From: Lachnoclostridium sp. UBA6475
Lineage (GTDB): Bacteria; Bacillota; Clostridia; Lachnospirales; Lachnospiraceae
Direction: 5' to 3'
NCBI GenBank assembly: GCA_002435545.1
Contig: DJNB01000257.1
Span: 1 to 37,138, forward strand
Length of the DNA: 37,138 nt
Part shown: one piece after another, positions 1 through 9,766 of the stretch
Numbering within the stretch: position 1 is the stretch's first letter
Layout: every line of letters starts with the position of its first letter
Made by a program: the position numbers and the translations under genes
The notes under the pieces: model-generated
The model's input: only the letters and a program-made list of their open reading frames with translations
What the model was told of the DNA's origin: nothing
The model's database searches: none

Positions 1-270
1 AAAAAGCAAGAAATGGCGTGTGCGGAGGCGCCCCACCCAGCTCCAAACCACCGCATCGCACACGCCAAAAAGTAAAAAAGCAAGAAATGGCGTGTGCGGA
101 GGCGCCCCACCCAGCTCCAAACCACCGCATCGCACACGCCAAAAAGTAAAAAAGCAAGAAATGACGTGTGCGGAGCCGCCCCAAGCTACTCCAAGCCGCC
201 GCATCGCACACGTCAAAAAGAAAAAACCAAGAAATGGCGTGTGCGGAGCCGCCCCACCCAGTCCAGAGCC
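1..270. repeat. Tandem 74-bp repeat (3 full units + partial 4th, may extend left of window), each unit with an 11-bp inverted repeat
   Basis: AAAAAGCAAGAAATG(G/A)CGTGTGCGGA.. recurs at 1, 75 and 149, with a variant at ~222. Arms TGGCGTGTGCG (14-24) and CGCACACGCCA (57-67) are exact reverse complements. Confidence 0.95.
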
Positions 271-331
271 GCCTAAAACAAGAGCCATCCCACCCCAGAG
301 CCACCCCGCCCCCAAAAAACTCAACATCCCA

Positions 332-357
332 TGCAACATTTTCCAAAACTATGCATC
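332..357 (+). promoter_or_regulatory. Putative ECF-sigma autoregulatory promoter
   Basis: TGCAAC-N16-CATC just upstream of the ECF sigma RBS. It resembles the TG(A/C)AAC-N16-CGTC pattern of Firmicute SigV/SigW/SigM promoters, with one mismatch in the -10. Confidence 0.4.
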
Positions 358-383
358 AAATCTATAAAGAGAGGAGGAAGACG

Positions 384-920
384 ATGGAAGAGGAAAAAAA
401 GAAACTGGTCAACCAGGCAAAAAAAGGCGATGCGCATGCGTTTGCCAGACTTTATGAGGAAATTTATCCGGATCTGTACCGGTTTGCGTTTTGTATGGTA
501 AAGCAGCCGTGGAAGGCAGAAGACGTCGTGAGTGATGCGGTGCTCAAAGCCTTTGAAAAAATACATACATTAAAAAAGCCGGAGGCATTTCGCAGCTGGA
601 TGTTCCAGATTACGGCGAACGAATGCCGAATGGTATTCCGGCAGGAAAAACGCGTTGTATATATGCCGGAAGTGACGGAAATGGGAATGCGGGAGTCGGT
701 CAATGCAACGCCGGAAAATAACTTTTTGATCAAAGAATTGTTAATGCAGCTGGAGGAAAGAGAGCGCATGATCGTTGGATTAAGCATCTTTGGAGGATAT
801 AGCGGCAGAGAGCTGGCGCAGTATTTTCATAAAAAAGAAGGCACGATCCGGTCGATCAAAAGCCGCGCACTCGGAAAATTAAAGCAGGCATGGGAATGCA
901 GAAATGAGGGAAAATTATGA
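384..920 (+). CDS. ECF-family RNA polymerase sigma factor (178 aa)
   Basis: AGGAGG RBS at 372-377, ATG at 384 (the track's start at 168 lies within the repeat). Region 2 motifs AKKGDAHAFARLY..AEDVVSD..FRSWMFQITAN and region 4 HTH GYSGRELA..GTIRSIKSRAL. Confidence 0.92.
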   Translation: MEEEKKKLVNQAKKGDAHAFARLYEEIYPDLYRFAFCMVKQPWKAEDVVSDAVLKAFEKIHTLKKPEAFRSWMFQITANECRMVFRQEKRVVYMPEVTEMGMRESVNATPENNFLIKELLMQLEERERMIVGLSIFGGYSGRELAQYFHKKEGTIRSIKSRALGKLKQAWECRNEGKL

Positions 921-2803
921 CGGAAATAGAAAAGAATTTAAAGGAAATGGCAGATGAAATCCCTGTTCCAGAAGGGGTTGCACCGGATCAAATAGAAACG
1001 AAATTAAGAAACAAAAGAAAGAAACCGCGCAGATATCTGCGGCGTGTGTGCGTGGCGGCGGCTGCGGTAATTGTAGTCGGAGCGGGCATTATGCTGTGGC
1101 AGAATCAGCAGAATCCGAAGACGATACTCCTGCCGATAAAAAAGGTGGCGGAACAATCGGAAAACGGTGCAGACCAACAGTCCAAAACAACCGAAGAACA
1201 TAAGACCTATGAAGAAATCCGAAAATCCATCGATGAGTATCTTACGGGAAGGGAGAAAGAACGAATCACCATGATGGAAAACGATATTGCGTATGCCGAA
1301 GAAGCATCCGGAGAATCGGATATGGCAAAGTATGCGGATGGCAGTGCCGGTGAGTATACCCGGACAAATGTACAGGTTGAAGGAATCGACGAGGCAGATA
1401 TTGTAAAAACCGATGGAAAATATATTTATGCATTCTATCAGGACGCCGTTTCCAGCACGATTTGTATTGTAAAGGCCGCAGGAAAAGACAGCAGCCGGAT
1501 TTCACAAATTGTACTGGACGATGTGCAGGTACAAAACCTGTATGTAAAGGATAGATGGCTGGTCGTGCTGGCGGCAAATGAAAATGAATCCACGGAAGAA
1601 GCAGACTGCCAGACAAACATTTATCTGTATGATGTGAGTGACGCGGAAAATCCGGTCTGCCGCAGTAAGAACAGCCAGTCAGGAACTTACAGCGATTCCC
1701 GTCTTGCCGGTGATATGTTATATACGATTTCTATAAAACAAGTAGTAAATGCCGGAAAAAAGACAGACAAAGAAGAATACATCCCGAAAGTGAATGGGAA
1801 ACTTCTTCCGGAAGACCGTCTGTACTGCCCGAATGAAGGGGAATCCTCGCAATATCTTGTGTTCCAGAGCATCGATCTTTCCCGGAGCGGGAAAGTCATA
1901 GACAGCATGGCAGTACTTGGTGCCGAGGGAACGTATTATATGAGCGAAAAAAATATCTACGTTGCGGCGCCGTATACTGACCACGGAGCCTGGCAGAAAA
2001 CCAAGATCACCCGGTATTCCTATGATAAGGGAACGATAAAATATGGCTGCGAAAAAGTTATCAATGGAAAGATATTAAACCAGTTTTCCATGGATGAATA
2101 TGAAGGAAACCTTCGATTTGCCGCCACAACTTACGATTACAGCATGCAGTCCACCAACGGGCTGTACATTTTAGACCAGTCGTTGAAGACGGTTGGAAGC
2201 GTAAGCCGGCTGGCTCCCGGTGAGCGGATTTATTCGGCGCGGTTTATGGGGGACAAAGTATATTTTGTCACATACCGGGAGACCGATCCTTTGTTTTTGG
2301 TAGATGTGAGCGATCCCGCGAATCCGGTGGTAAAAGACAAATTGAAAATACCCGGATTTTCGGACTATCTGCATCCATTTGGAGAAAATATGCTTTTGGG
2401 GATCGGAAGCATACAGGACAAACAGGGAAATTCCTATGTAAAACTTTCCATGTTTGATATTTCGGATCCGGAAAAAGTAAAAGAGATCCATAGTAAAAAA
2501 TTGGAAAAAAATTCCACTCAGAATATTGGAAATGACCACAAGGGAATTTTGGTGGATGTGCAGAGAAACCGTATTGGATTTGGAACGCAAAACTATGACA
2601 CGGGAATTTCCCGGTATGAGATCTTTTCCTATGATACAAAAAAAGGATTTCAAAACATAGCAAACCTTCCTTTGGAAGAATCCCGGAGTGCTGTGTCCAG
2701 AGGACTTTATATCGGAAAAGATTTTTATCTTTGCAGGGATTCTTATGGAATTTGTGTCTATGATACAAAAAAATATAAAAAAATTCGTTCGATTGCCTAT
2801 TAA
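917..2803 (+). CDS. Membrane-anchored beta-propeller domain protein, probable anti-sigma/sensor partner (628 aa)
   Basis: ATGA overlap with the sigma gene. Single N-terminal hydrophobic helix (VCVAAAAVIVVGAGIMLW). Beta-propeller family motifs TNVQVEGIDEADIVKTDGKYIY, NQFSMDEY, GERIYSARFMGD, LKIPGFSDYLHP. Confidence 0.85.
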   Translation: MTEIEKNLKEMADEIPVPEGVAPDQIETKLRNKRKKPRRYLRRVCVAAAAVIVVGAGIMLWQNQQNPKTILLPIKKVAEQSENGADQQSKTTEEHKTYEEIRKSIDEYLTGREKERITMMENDIAYAEEASGESDMAKYADGSAGEYTRTNVQVEGIDEADIVKTDGKYIYAFYQDAVSSTICIVKAAGKDSSRISQIVLDDVQVQNLYVKDRWLVVLAANENESTEEADCQTNIYLYDVSDAENPVCRSKNSQSGTYSDSRLAGDMLYTISIKQVVNAGKKTDKEEYIPKVNGKLLPEDRLYCPNEGESSQYLVFQSIDLSRSGKVIDSMAVLGAEGTYYMSEKNIYVAAPYTDHGAWQKTKITRYSYDKGTIKYGCEKVINGKILNQFSMDEYEGNLRFAATTYDYSMQSTNGLYILDQSLKTVGSVSRLAPGERIYSARFMGDKVYFVTYRETDPLFLVDVSDPANPVVKDKLKIPGFSDYLHPFGENMLLGIGSIQDKQGNSYVKLSMFDISDPEKVKEIHSKKLEKNSTQNIGNDHKGILVDVQRNRIGFGTQNYDTGISRYEIFSYDTKKGFQNIANLPLEESRSAVSRGLYIGKDFYLCRDSYGICVYDTKKYKKIRSIAY

Positions 2804-2827
2804 TATATCAATTATTTCTTCCGATAC
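2801..2827 (+). promoter_or_regulatory. Sigma-28 (FliA/SigD)-type promoter for the flgM operon
   Basis: TAAT-N15-TCCGATAC versus consensus TAAA-N15-GCCGATAT. The -35 overlaps the upstream TAA stop codon. Confidence 0.7.
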
Positions 2828-2873
2828 ATATTGTGACACAGAAGAAATATAGAATTTTTAGGTGGTGAATATT

Positions 2874-3143
2874 ATGAGAGTCGATGCTTATATGCAGGTT
2901 AGCCAGCTTTATAAAACCAATAAGCCAAAAGGCACAGCCAAAAAGACCACAGCTGCGGCAACAGATTCCTTAGAGATTTCCGGACCCGGAAAAGATTACC
3001 AGGTAGCCAGAAAGGCAGCAGCAGAAGCACCGGAAGTTCGTGCGGATAAAGTAAAAGATATTATGGAACGCATGAAAGCCGGAACGTATAACGTTTCCAT
3101 TGAGGATGTTGCAGCAAAGATGGCAGATCGTATACTGGGATAA
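2874..3143 (+). CDS. flgM: Flagellar anti-sigma-28 factor FlgM
   Basis: DSLEIS..APEVRADKV..MKAGTYNVS..VAAKM motif and position before flgN. ATG 2874 chosen for RBS spacing (AGGTGGTG). Confidence 0.92.
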   Translation: MRVDAYMQVSQLYKTNKPKGTAKKTTAAATDSLEISGPGKDYQVARKAAAEAPEVRADKVKDIMERMKAGTYNVSIEDVAAKMADRILG

Positions 3144-3181
3144 TACCCATTGTACCGGGATAAGCGACAGGAGGATGTTTT

Positions 3182-3697
3182 TTGGCAAGTTTAATGGAAG
3201 AGTTGATTGATACACTGGACAAGGAAGACCGGTTGTATGCTGACTTAATTCCAATTCAGGAGGAAAAGATCCGGGCAATTATCGCCAACGATCTTGACTC
3301 TTTGTCCCGTCTGCAGGGACAGGAGCAGGTTCTGGTTGATCAGGTGGGAAACCTGGAAAATAAGAGACTGCATGTGACAGAAGATATTGCAACCGTGCTT
3401 GGAATAAAGCCGGAAGAGATGAATCTGGAAAAATTGGTAAATAAGCTGAACAATCAGCCAAAAGAAAAAGAAACTTTAGAAAAATTACATGACCGTCTCA
3501 AACAGACAATGGGACGTTTACAGGAACTTAATCTCCAAAACAAAAAACTTCTGACGGAAGCGCTGGAGATGGTAGAATTTAATATGAATGTGATAAGAAG
3601 TACACGGATGTCTTCAGGAAGCAGCAATTATTCAAGCGATGCCGCACAGGTGGATTATGGTGATTATGGTGCCGGTATGTTTGATGCGAAGCAATAG
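3182..3697 (+). CDS. flgN: Flagellar export chaperone FlgN
   Basis: Helical protein between flgM and flgK with the LNLQNKKLL motif and C-terminal FDAKQ. TTG start with AGGAGG RBS. Confidence 0.88.
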   Translation: MASLMEELIDTLDKEDRLYADLIPIQEEKIRAIIANDLDSLSRLQGQEQVLVDQVGNLENKRLHVTEDIATVLGIKPEEMNLEKLVNKLNNQPKEKETLEKLHDRLKQTMGRLQELNLQNKKLLTEALEMVEFNMNVIRSTRMSSGSSNYSSDAAQVDYGDYGAGMFDAKQ

Positions 3698-3811
3698 AAG
3701 GAAGAAACGGGCAGGATAGGCTCGTGGACATCGTGTACTTCTATTGTGTTATTGTAACGATTCAGGATTCCATGCCTGGTTACACGTTATTATAAATGCG
3801 AGGAAAATGAT

Positions 3812-5593
3812 ATGGGAAATTTATTTGCAAGTTTTAATACAGGAGTTTCGGGACTGCATTCAGCACAATCGTCCCTTTATACAACCGCACACAATCTTGC
3901 GAATGCGACGACAAAAGGCTATTCAAGGCAGCAGGTAATAGTTACGGATGCTTTTTATTCGACAAGATATGGAGCCTATGCCAACCGTCTGCAGGTAGGA
4001 AAAGGAACCGATATTGCGGAGATCCGACAGGTGCGTAATACCTTTTTGGATGCACAGTACCGCGTGCAGGCGAGCCGGCAGAGTTTTTATGAGGCGCAAT
4101 ACAAAGCGGTGCAGGAAATTGAAGATTTGTTTGGGGAACTGGAAGGAGAAGAATTTATCACTTCCGTTACCAATTTATGGAGTGCGGTGTCCAATCTGGC
4201 ACAAGAGCCAAATAATATCGTACTTCGTTCGGAACTGGTATCCACGGCGTCCCAGTTTACGGAGCGCGCAAATGCACTTCGTGACCAGCTCACCGAATAC
4301 CAGACCAATATGAATCAGGAAGTAAAAAATCAGGTGGATCAGATCAATACAATCGTCGATCAGGTTCGCGAATACAATGAATTGATTCAAAAATACGAGG
4401 CGACCGGTGAAAGCGCAAATGATTACCGCGATTCACGAAATCTTCTTCTGGATCAGTTAAACGAGATCGTTAATGTAGACTGCTATGAAGAAGTAGACGG
4501 AACGGTAACCATTTATGCCGAAGGACAGTACCTTTTGGAAGCAAATATCCAGCATCGTCTGACGACGGCGTTTGAGAGCGAAACTTCCAAATTGCTGAAA
4601 CCGGTCTGGGAAGCAGGCGGCGACTTCTTTTTCCGCGGAGAACTGGCTTATTCCAGTGAAAATGATTCGGATACCGGCTCTTTGCGTGGACTTTTGGTAG
4701 CAAGAGGAAATTCCACAACGACGTATCTGGATATCCCGCAAAAACCGCAGGAATCCGATTTTACGGATGAAAATGGAAACTTTGACCAGAAAGCCTATTT
4801 TAATGCAACCGAAGAATATAATCGAAAAGTAGAACAGTACAATGAAAATGTGCAGCCATCGATTGTAATGACAATTCAGGCAGAATTTGACCAGTTGATC
4901 CACGGAATCGTGACAATGATCAATGATACGTTGTGTCCAAATAAAGAAATCACATTATCTGATGGAACCAAGATGACAGTGCTTGATACCGATAAGGCGC
5001 CGATCGGCGACGATGAGAACAAGACGATGGGGGCAGAACTTTTCAAGAGAAGAACCCAGGATCGTTATACCGAAAAAACGGTAACGGTTCTCGATGAAGA
5101 TGGAAATCCAAAGGCGGTAACCGTATATGAATATAATCCGGAGAACCCGGACGACCATTATTCTTTGTATACGACAGACCAGCTGGGAGTAAATCCGGAA
5201 CTTATGAAAGATCCGTCCAAACTTCCGCTTAGCGCCAATGAATCTTCCGGTCATGTGGATGGTTACACCCTTGACCTCTGCCAGGATTTGTTGAAGAGCT
5301 GGCAGGGCAAATTCGGTGTGCTGGATCCCAATTCCATGACAACGTACAACTTCTGCGATTACTATGGAGCAATGGTTGGACAGTTTGCCACTCTCGGCAA
5401 TGTGTGGAAGGGAATTATTGAAAATCAGGAAACAACGGTGTATTCTGTAGAAAAAGCCAGACAAAACGAAATGGGTGTTTCTACAGATGAAGAATTATCC
5501 GATCTGATAAAATATCAGCAGTGTTATAATGCTTCTTCGCGTTATATCACAGTAATCGATGAAATGATAGAACACTTGATCACACGTATGTAA
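3812..5593 (+). CDS. flgK: Flagellar hook-associated protein FlgK (copy 1)
   Basis: N-terminal TGVSGL..AHNLANATTKGYSRQ and C-terminal GVSTDEELSDLIKYQQCYNASSRYI. Confidence 0.95.
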   Translation: MGNLFASFNTGVSGLHSAQSSLYTTAHNLANATTKGYSRQQVIVTDAFYSTRYGAYANRLQVGKGTDIAEIRQVRNTFLDAQYRVQASRQSFYEAQYKAVQEIEDLFGELEGEEFITSVTNLWSAVSNLAQEPNNIVLRSELVSTASQFTERANALRDQLTEYQTNMNQEVKNQVDQINTIVDQVREYNELIQKYEATGESANDYRDSRNLLLDQLNEIVNVDCYEEVDGTVTIYAEGQYLLEANIQHRLTTAFESETSKLLKPVWEAGGDFFFRGELAYSSENDSDTGSLRGLLVARGNSTTTYLDIPQKPQESDFTDENGNFDQKAYFNATEEYNRKVEQYNENVQPSIVMTIQAEFDQLIHGIVTMINDTLCPNKEITLSDGTKMTVLDTDKAPIGDDENKTMGAELFKRRTQDRYTEKTVTVLDEDGNPKAVTVYEYNPENPDDHYSLYTTDQLGVNPELMKDPSKLPLSANESSGHVDGYTLDLCQDLLKSWQGKFGVLDPNSMTTYNFCDYYGAMVGQFATLGNVWKGIIENQETTVYSVEKARQNEMGVSTDEELSDLIKYQQCYNASSRYITVIDEMIEHLITRM

Positions 5594-5618
5594 ACGGTGA
5601 CAAGAAAGGAGGAACAGC

Positions 5619-7481
5619 ATGGGAGCAACATTTCAAGGACTTGAAATTGCAAAATCCGGAATGATGGCATACAATGCCTCGATGCAGACCGCAGCCCACA
5701 ATCTAGCAAATGTTGGAACAAAAGGATATTCCCGCCAGGTTGTCAAGACCGCAGCTCAGACACGACATGTAAGTTCAGTCAAAGTAGAAGGATCCGGAGT
5801 GTATGTTCAGGGGATCGAGAGACAGCGTAATGAATATTACGATGTAAAATATTGTAAAGCAAATACAACCTATTATAAATACAATACGCATAGTTATTAT
5901 CTGAATGACATTCAGAAAGTGCTTTATGCGAAGGACGAAAAGCAGGCAGGCATCACGACTTCATTTGATGAATTCTGCAAACGTCTGACAGGAACTTCGA
6001 CGGATGCCGGAAGTGAGACAAGAAGAAAAGAGATCGTTTCTTATGCAGAGACATTTACCAGTTTTGTACAGGAGACGGCAACAAATCTGAAAGCACTTCA
6101 GGAAGAGGCAAACGAGGAGATCAAGACAACCGTGGAACAGATCAATGCGATTGCCGAGAAAATTGCGTCACTTACCAAACAGATCAATACATTGGAAGCA
6201 TACCGCAATCCGGCGCACGATCTCCGCGACCAGCGAAGTGTGTTGATCGACCAGCTATCCGAGTACTGCAACGTTGAAGTAAAAGAAAAAACACCGGCGG
6301 ATGGCGTCGGTCTCAATCAATATTATGTATATGTCGATGGTGCGATCCTCGTGGATACCCAGCAAGTCAATCCACTCAAAGTGTCGGAACTTGAAACGAG
6401 CAAAAGCATTAATGATGTCAGCGGACTTTACAAGGTGTCCTGGGAAGACGGTACACCATTTTACCCATATAGCGCTACGCTTGGCGGTAAATTACAGGCA
6501 CTTTTCCAGGTGCGTGATGGTAACAACGCCACAACCCTGAAAGGAAAAGGCGACAGTCTTACCAACAATGCAGACGGCAACCTTGTCCTTACGATGAAAA
6601 ATGCCAATATCAATAATGTCAATCTCCTCAACATCCCGGCACAGGATGGAGAACTGACCATCAATAACTTTACGTATGCATATGACCATTTTGATGTAAC
6701 CGTAGAAGACGATGGTTCCTTTACTTACCAATTTACGCTGAAATCCAATATCAGCTCAAATCAGGCAACCATATTAAATAACGCGGTAACAAGCGGCTAT
6801 GAAGTGGTTGTTGGAGACAGTGTGGACTACAAGGGAATCCCTTACTATATGGCACAGCTCAATGAATTTGTCCGCACCTATGCACAGGAATTCAATGACG
6901 TACATAAAAGCGGCTATGACGACTATGGCAATGCCGGCATCGATTTCTTCAATGCAAAAGTGCCGGCCACCGGAGATAATTATATCTTTACTACAAAAGT
7001 AGACGGCAAGGAACACAGTTTTTCTTCTGTTGCTTCCCAGGATAGCAATGGAAGCTACAGCGGCAGTTATTATTATATGACGGCAATGAACTTTGGAATC
7101 AGTGATGCTGTATCGAGAGATCCGAGACTGCTTGCCTGCAATTCCCAGGAACTGCCGGGAAAATCCGAAAACCTGAATTTGAAAAAATTATCCGATTTAA
7201 AAGATGATTCGAAGATGTTTCTGCATGGAGCACCGGATTCATTTTTGCAGTCCCTGACAGCAGATGTCGGTGTAGATGGACAGAAAGCTGCTTCGCTTGA
7301 AGCGAGCCAGAAAAACATCCGCGATGCAGTAGATATCCAGAGACAATCGGTATCCGGCGTGGATGAAGACGAAGAAACCGAGGGCCTGATGACCTATCAG
7401 CAGATGTTATTTAACCAGTATAAAGTGCTTGCCGTAATGAATGAAGTGCTTGACAAACTGATCAATCAGACAGCAGTCTAG
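5619..7481 (+). CDS. flgK: Flagellar hook-associated protein FlgK (copy 2)
   Basis: N-terminal IAKSGM..AHNLANVGTKGYSRQ and C-terminal RQSVSGVDEDEE..YQ. Confidence 0.93.
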   Translation: MGATFQGLEIAKSGMMAYNASMQTAAHNLANVGTKGYSRQVVKTAAQTRHVSSVKVEGSGVYVQGIERQRNEYYDVKYCKANTTYYKYNTHSYYLNDIQKVLYAKDEKQAGITTSFDEFCKRLTGTSTDAGSETRRKEIVSYAETFTSFVQETATNLKALQEEANEEIKTTVEQINAIAEKIASLTKQINTLEAYRNPAHDLRDQRSVLIDQLSEYCNVEVKEKTPADGVGLNQYYVYVDGAILVDTQQVNPLKVSELETSKSINDVSGLYKVSWEDGTPFYPYSATLGGKLQALFQVRDGNNATTLKGKGDSLTNNADGNLVLTMKNANINNVNLLNIPAQDGELTINNFTYAYDHFDVTVEDDGSFTYQFTLKSNISSNQATILNNAVTSGYEVVVGDSVDYKGIPYYMAQLNEFVRTYAQEFNDVHKSGYDDYGNAGIDFFNAKVPATGDNYIFTTKVDGKEHSFSSVASQDSNGSYSGSYYYMTAMNFGISDAVSRDPRLLACNSQELPGKSENLNLKKLSDLKDDSKMFLHGAPDSFLQSLTADVGVDGQKAASLEASQKNIRDAVDIQRQSVSGVDEDEETEGLMTYQQMLFNQYKVLAVMNEVLDKLINQTAV

Positions 7482-7498
7482 GAAGGATGTGACAACGT

Positions 7499-8983
7499 AT
7501 GCGTATTACCAATAATATCATCCGAAGCAATACAATGCTTCATATACAGAAAAATAAAGCGACGTCAAACGATTATTTTCAGCAGTATGCGTCTCAGAAA
7601 AAGATCCAGAAACCTTCGGACAATCCGACGATTGCCGTAAGGGCGTTGAAATATCGTACGACACTTGTAGAAATAGAACAGTATCTTTCCAACTGCGATG
7701 AGGCAGAAAACTGGATGGATGCCACGGAAGAACCGTTAAAAAAGGCAGACAGTATCCTCGATACGATGATTGATTATGTGACACAGGCAGCGAACGGAAC
7801 AAACAAGGATACGGACCGGGCTACCATTGCCGCACAGTTAAAACAGTACTGTGACTTCATCTATCAGCAGAATGCCAATATGGATTATGCCGGACGTTAT
7901 CTGTTTACCGGCTACCGCACCGATATTCCGCTGCTTTTCGAAAAGGACAGTACCAATGTCACCTATGTAATGAAAGAAGAATTGCAGATCAACAATATCC
8001 AGAAGTATAATTATGTATACGGACAGCCGGAGTATGCGGATGATAAAGCCGCATCCGATTATGCCAAAGAGGCATCCGAATATCTGGAGACACATCGAAT
8101 CCTGCTTTCCTACGACAATTGTGATGCACGAGATGTGACAATTACTTACACCGATGCTGCCGGCAAATCTCAGACGGTAACGGCTGTGACAAAGGGCATT
8201 GCCGACAATAAAACATATAATGAGCAGTATCATCCGGCGGCGAATGAGATCAACTATGTGCCGGAGACAGGGGAACTTATCTTTGGTGATGATATTTATG
8301 ATTCGATCCGTGCAGGTTCCGATCTTAAAGTGGAGTATTCAAAAACCAATTTTGAGACGAATGATATCCGTCCGGAGCATTATTTTGAGTGTACGGCAAC
8401 AGATAATGTGACCGGCACAACAAAAAATTATTTTAATATCAAAGAGCAGAAGATCAATTATCAGATCAACTTCAGCCAGACGATCACGGTAAACACACTT
8501 GGCTGCAATGCATTTGATACGTCCATGGGACGCGCGGTTGATGATATTTATAATGTGCTCAATAACTTAGATGTCATGGATCAGGCGCTGGTAGCAATTC
8601 AGAAGCGGATTGACGACTGCGATCCGAATGATACGGAGAAACTGGCAGACCTGCAGGAATTATATGACCGCACCGAGACAGAGATTTCTTTGCAAAACAC
8701 GGTGCTTACGAATGCATATACTCATTCTATCACAGTATTCCAAAATGCAAAAGACACGCTGAATGTGGCACTTGCAGAGCATGGTTCCCGGTATAACCGT
8801 CTGAAAATGACGTCCAGCAAACTGGAAGTACTGCAGACAGATACCAAAGAATCCAAATCGGAAAACGAAGACGCAGATCTGGAAGAGGCATTTGTTAATT
8901 ATACCCAGGCAGATCTGTTGTATCAGGCATCTCTGCAGGCGACGGGAAAAATATTAGGAACATCACTTTTGGATTTTATCTGA
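7499..8983 (+). CDS. flgL: Flagellar hook-associated protein FlgL
   Basis: MRITNN..KKIQKPSDNP, GRYLFTGYRTD, C-terminal YQASLQATGKILGTSLLDFI. Confidence 0.95.
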   Translation: MRITNNIIRSNTMLHIQKNKATSNDYFQQYASQKKIQKPSDNPTIAVRALKYRTTLVEIEQYLSNCDEAENWMDATEEPLKKADSILDTMIDYVTQAANGTNKDTDRATIAAQLKQYCDFIYQQNANMDYAGRYLFTGYRTDIPLLFEKDSTNVTYVMKEELQINNIQKYNYVYGQPEYADDKAASDYAKEASEYLETHRILLSYDNCDARDVTITYTDAAGKSQTVTAVTKGIADNKTYNEQYHPAANEINYVPETGELIFGDDIYDSIRAGSDLKVEYSKTNFETNDIRPEHYFECTATDNVTGTTKNYFNIKEQKINYQINFSQTITVNTLGCNAFDTSMGRAVDDIYNVLNNLDVMDQALVAIQKRIDDCDPNDTEKLADLQELYDRTETEISLQNTVLTNAYTHSITVFQNAKDTLNVALAEHGSRYNRLKMTSSKLEVLQTDTKESKSENEDADLEEAFVNYTQADLLYQASLQATGKILGTSLLDFI

Positions 8984-9004
8984 TAACAGAATGGAGGAAA
9001 GGAT

Positions 9005-9460
9005 ATGTTAGTAAAAACAAAATATTTTGGGGAAATTAATCTTTCAGAAGACAAGATCATCACGATGGAACGTGGGATGTTTGGCTTTGAAGAATACAAA
9101 AAATATACGATTCTTTATGACAGCGAAAAAGAAGGACGGCCGAATGTGTCCTGGTTTCAGAGTGTAGAAGAACCGGGGCTGGCATTTCCGGTCATCAATC
9201 CACTGGTAGTAAAAGAAGATTACAACCCGGTCGTAGAGGATGAACTTTTGAAGGGACTTGGCGAGATTACAGAGGAAAATATTGTAATTCTTCTGCCGCT
9301 TACCGTCCCACAGGATGTAACCCGGATGACAGCAAACCTGAAAGCTCCGGTTATTATCAATGCGGACACAAGAAAGGGAGTACAGGTTGTTGTAGAAAAT
9401 GAAGACTACGAGATCAAATACAAGATTTACGAGATTCTGAAAGGGAAAAAGGAGGCGTAA
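9005..9460 (+). CDS. fliW: Flagellar assembly factor FliW
   Basis: TKYFGEI..GMFGFE..WFQS..MTANLKAPVIIN motif, directly upstream of csrA. Confidence 0.95.
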   Translation: MLVKTKYFGEINLSEDKIITMERGMFGFEEYKKYTILYDSEKEGRPNVSWFQSVEEPGLAFPVINPLVVKEDYNPVVEDELLKGLGEITEENIVILLPLTVPQDVTRMTANLKAPVIINADTRKGVQVVVENEDYEIKYKIYEILKGKKEA

Positions 9461-9463
9461 ACG

Positions 9464-9682
9464 ATGTTAGCACTGGCAAGAAAAGTAAATGAATCCATCG
9501 TGATCAATGACGATGTGGAAGTGACGATTTTGGAAATCAAGGGTGACCAGGTTAAGATCGGCATCAATGCGCCAAAATCGGTTCCGATTTATCGAAAAGA
9601 ATTATATGTACAGATTCAGAAAGCCAATCAAGAGGCTATGAATTCGGCAGATCCAAATGCTTTAAATGAGTTGTTCAAATAA
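9464..9682 (+). CDS. csrA: Carbon storage regulator CsrA
   Basis: [48 protein letters not shown]. Confidence 0.97.
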   Translation: MLALARKVNESIVINDDVEVTILEIKGDQVKIGINAPKSVPIYRKELYVQIQKANQEAMNSADPNALNELFK

Positions 9683-9685
9683 GGT

Positions 9686-9712
9686 TAACTTTTTTTAGGA
9701 TCGTGCCGATAT
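9686..9712 (+). promoter_or_regulatory. Sigma-28-type promoter for flaG-fliD-fliS
   Basis: TAAC-N15-GCCGATAT (perfect -10). Confidence 0.85.
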
Positions 9713-9766
9713 GTTCTTTAAGAAACGATGAATTTTGCATTAAGATACACATGGAGGTGTTTAGAA

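Noticed and set aside
1..270. CRISPR array
   Set aside because: The first two units are wholly identical, the 'spacers' are variants of each other, and there are no cas genes in the window.
20..383. ORFs 20..367, 94..276 and the N-terminal extension of the sigma factor from 168
   Set aside because: These are translations of the tandem repeat in shifting frames; the real RBS and ATG are at 372-386.
9690..9696. T7 tract in the flaG promoter spacer as a phase-variation switch
   Set aside because: Too short to be convincing in an AT-rich genome, and no variant evidence.
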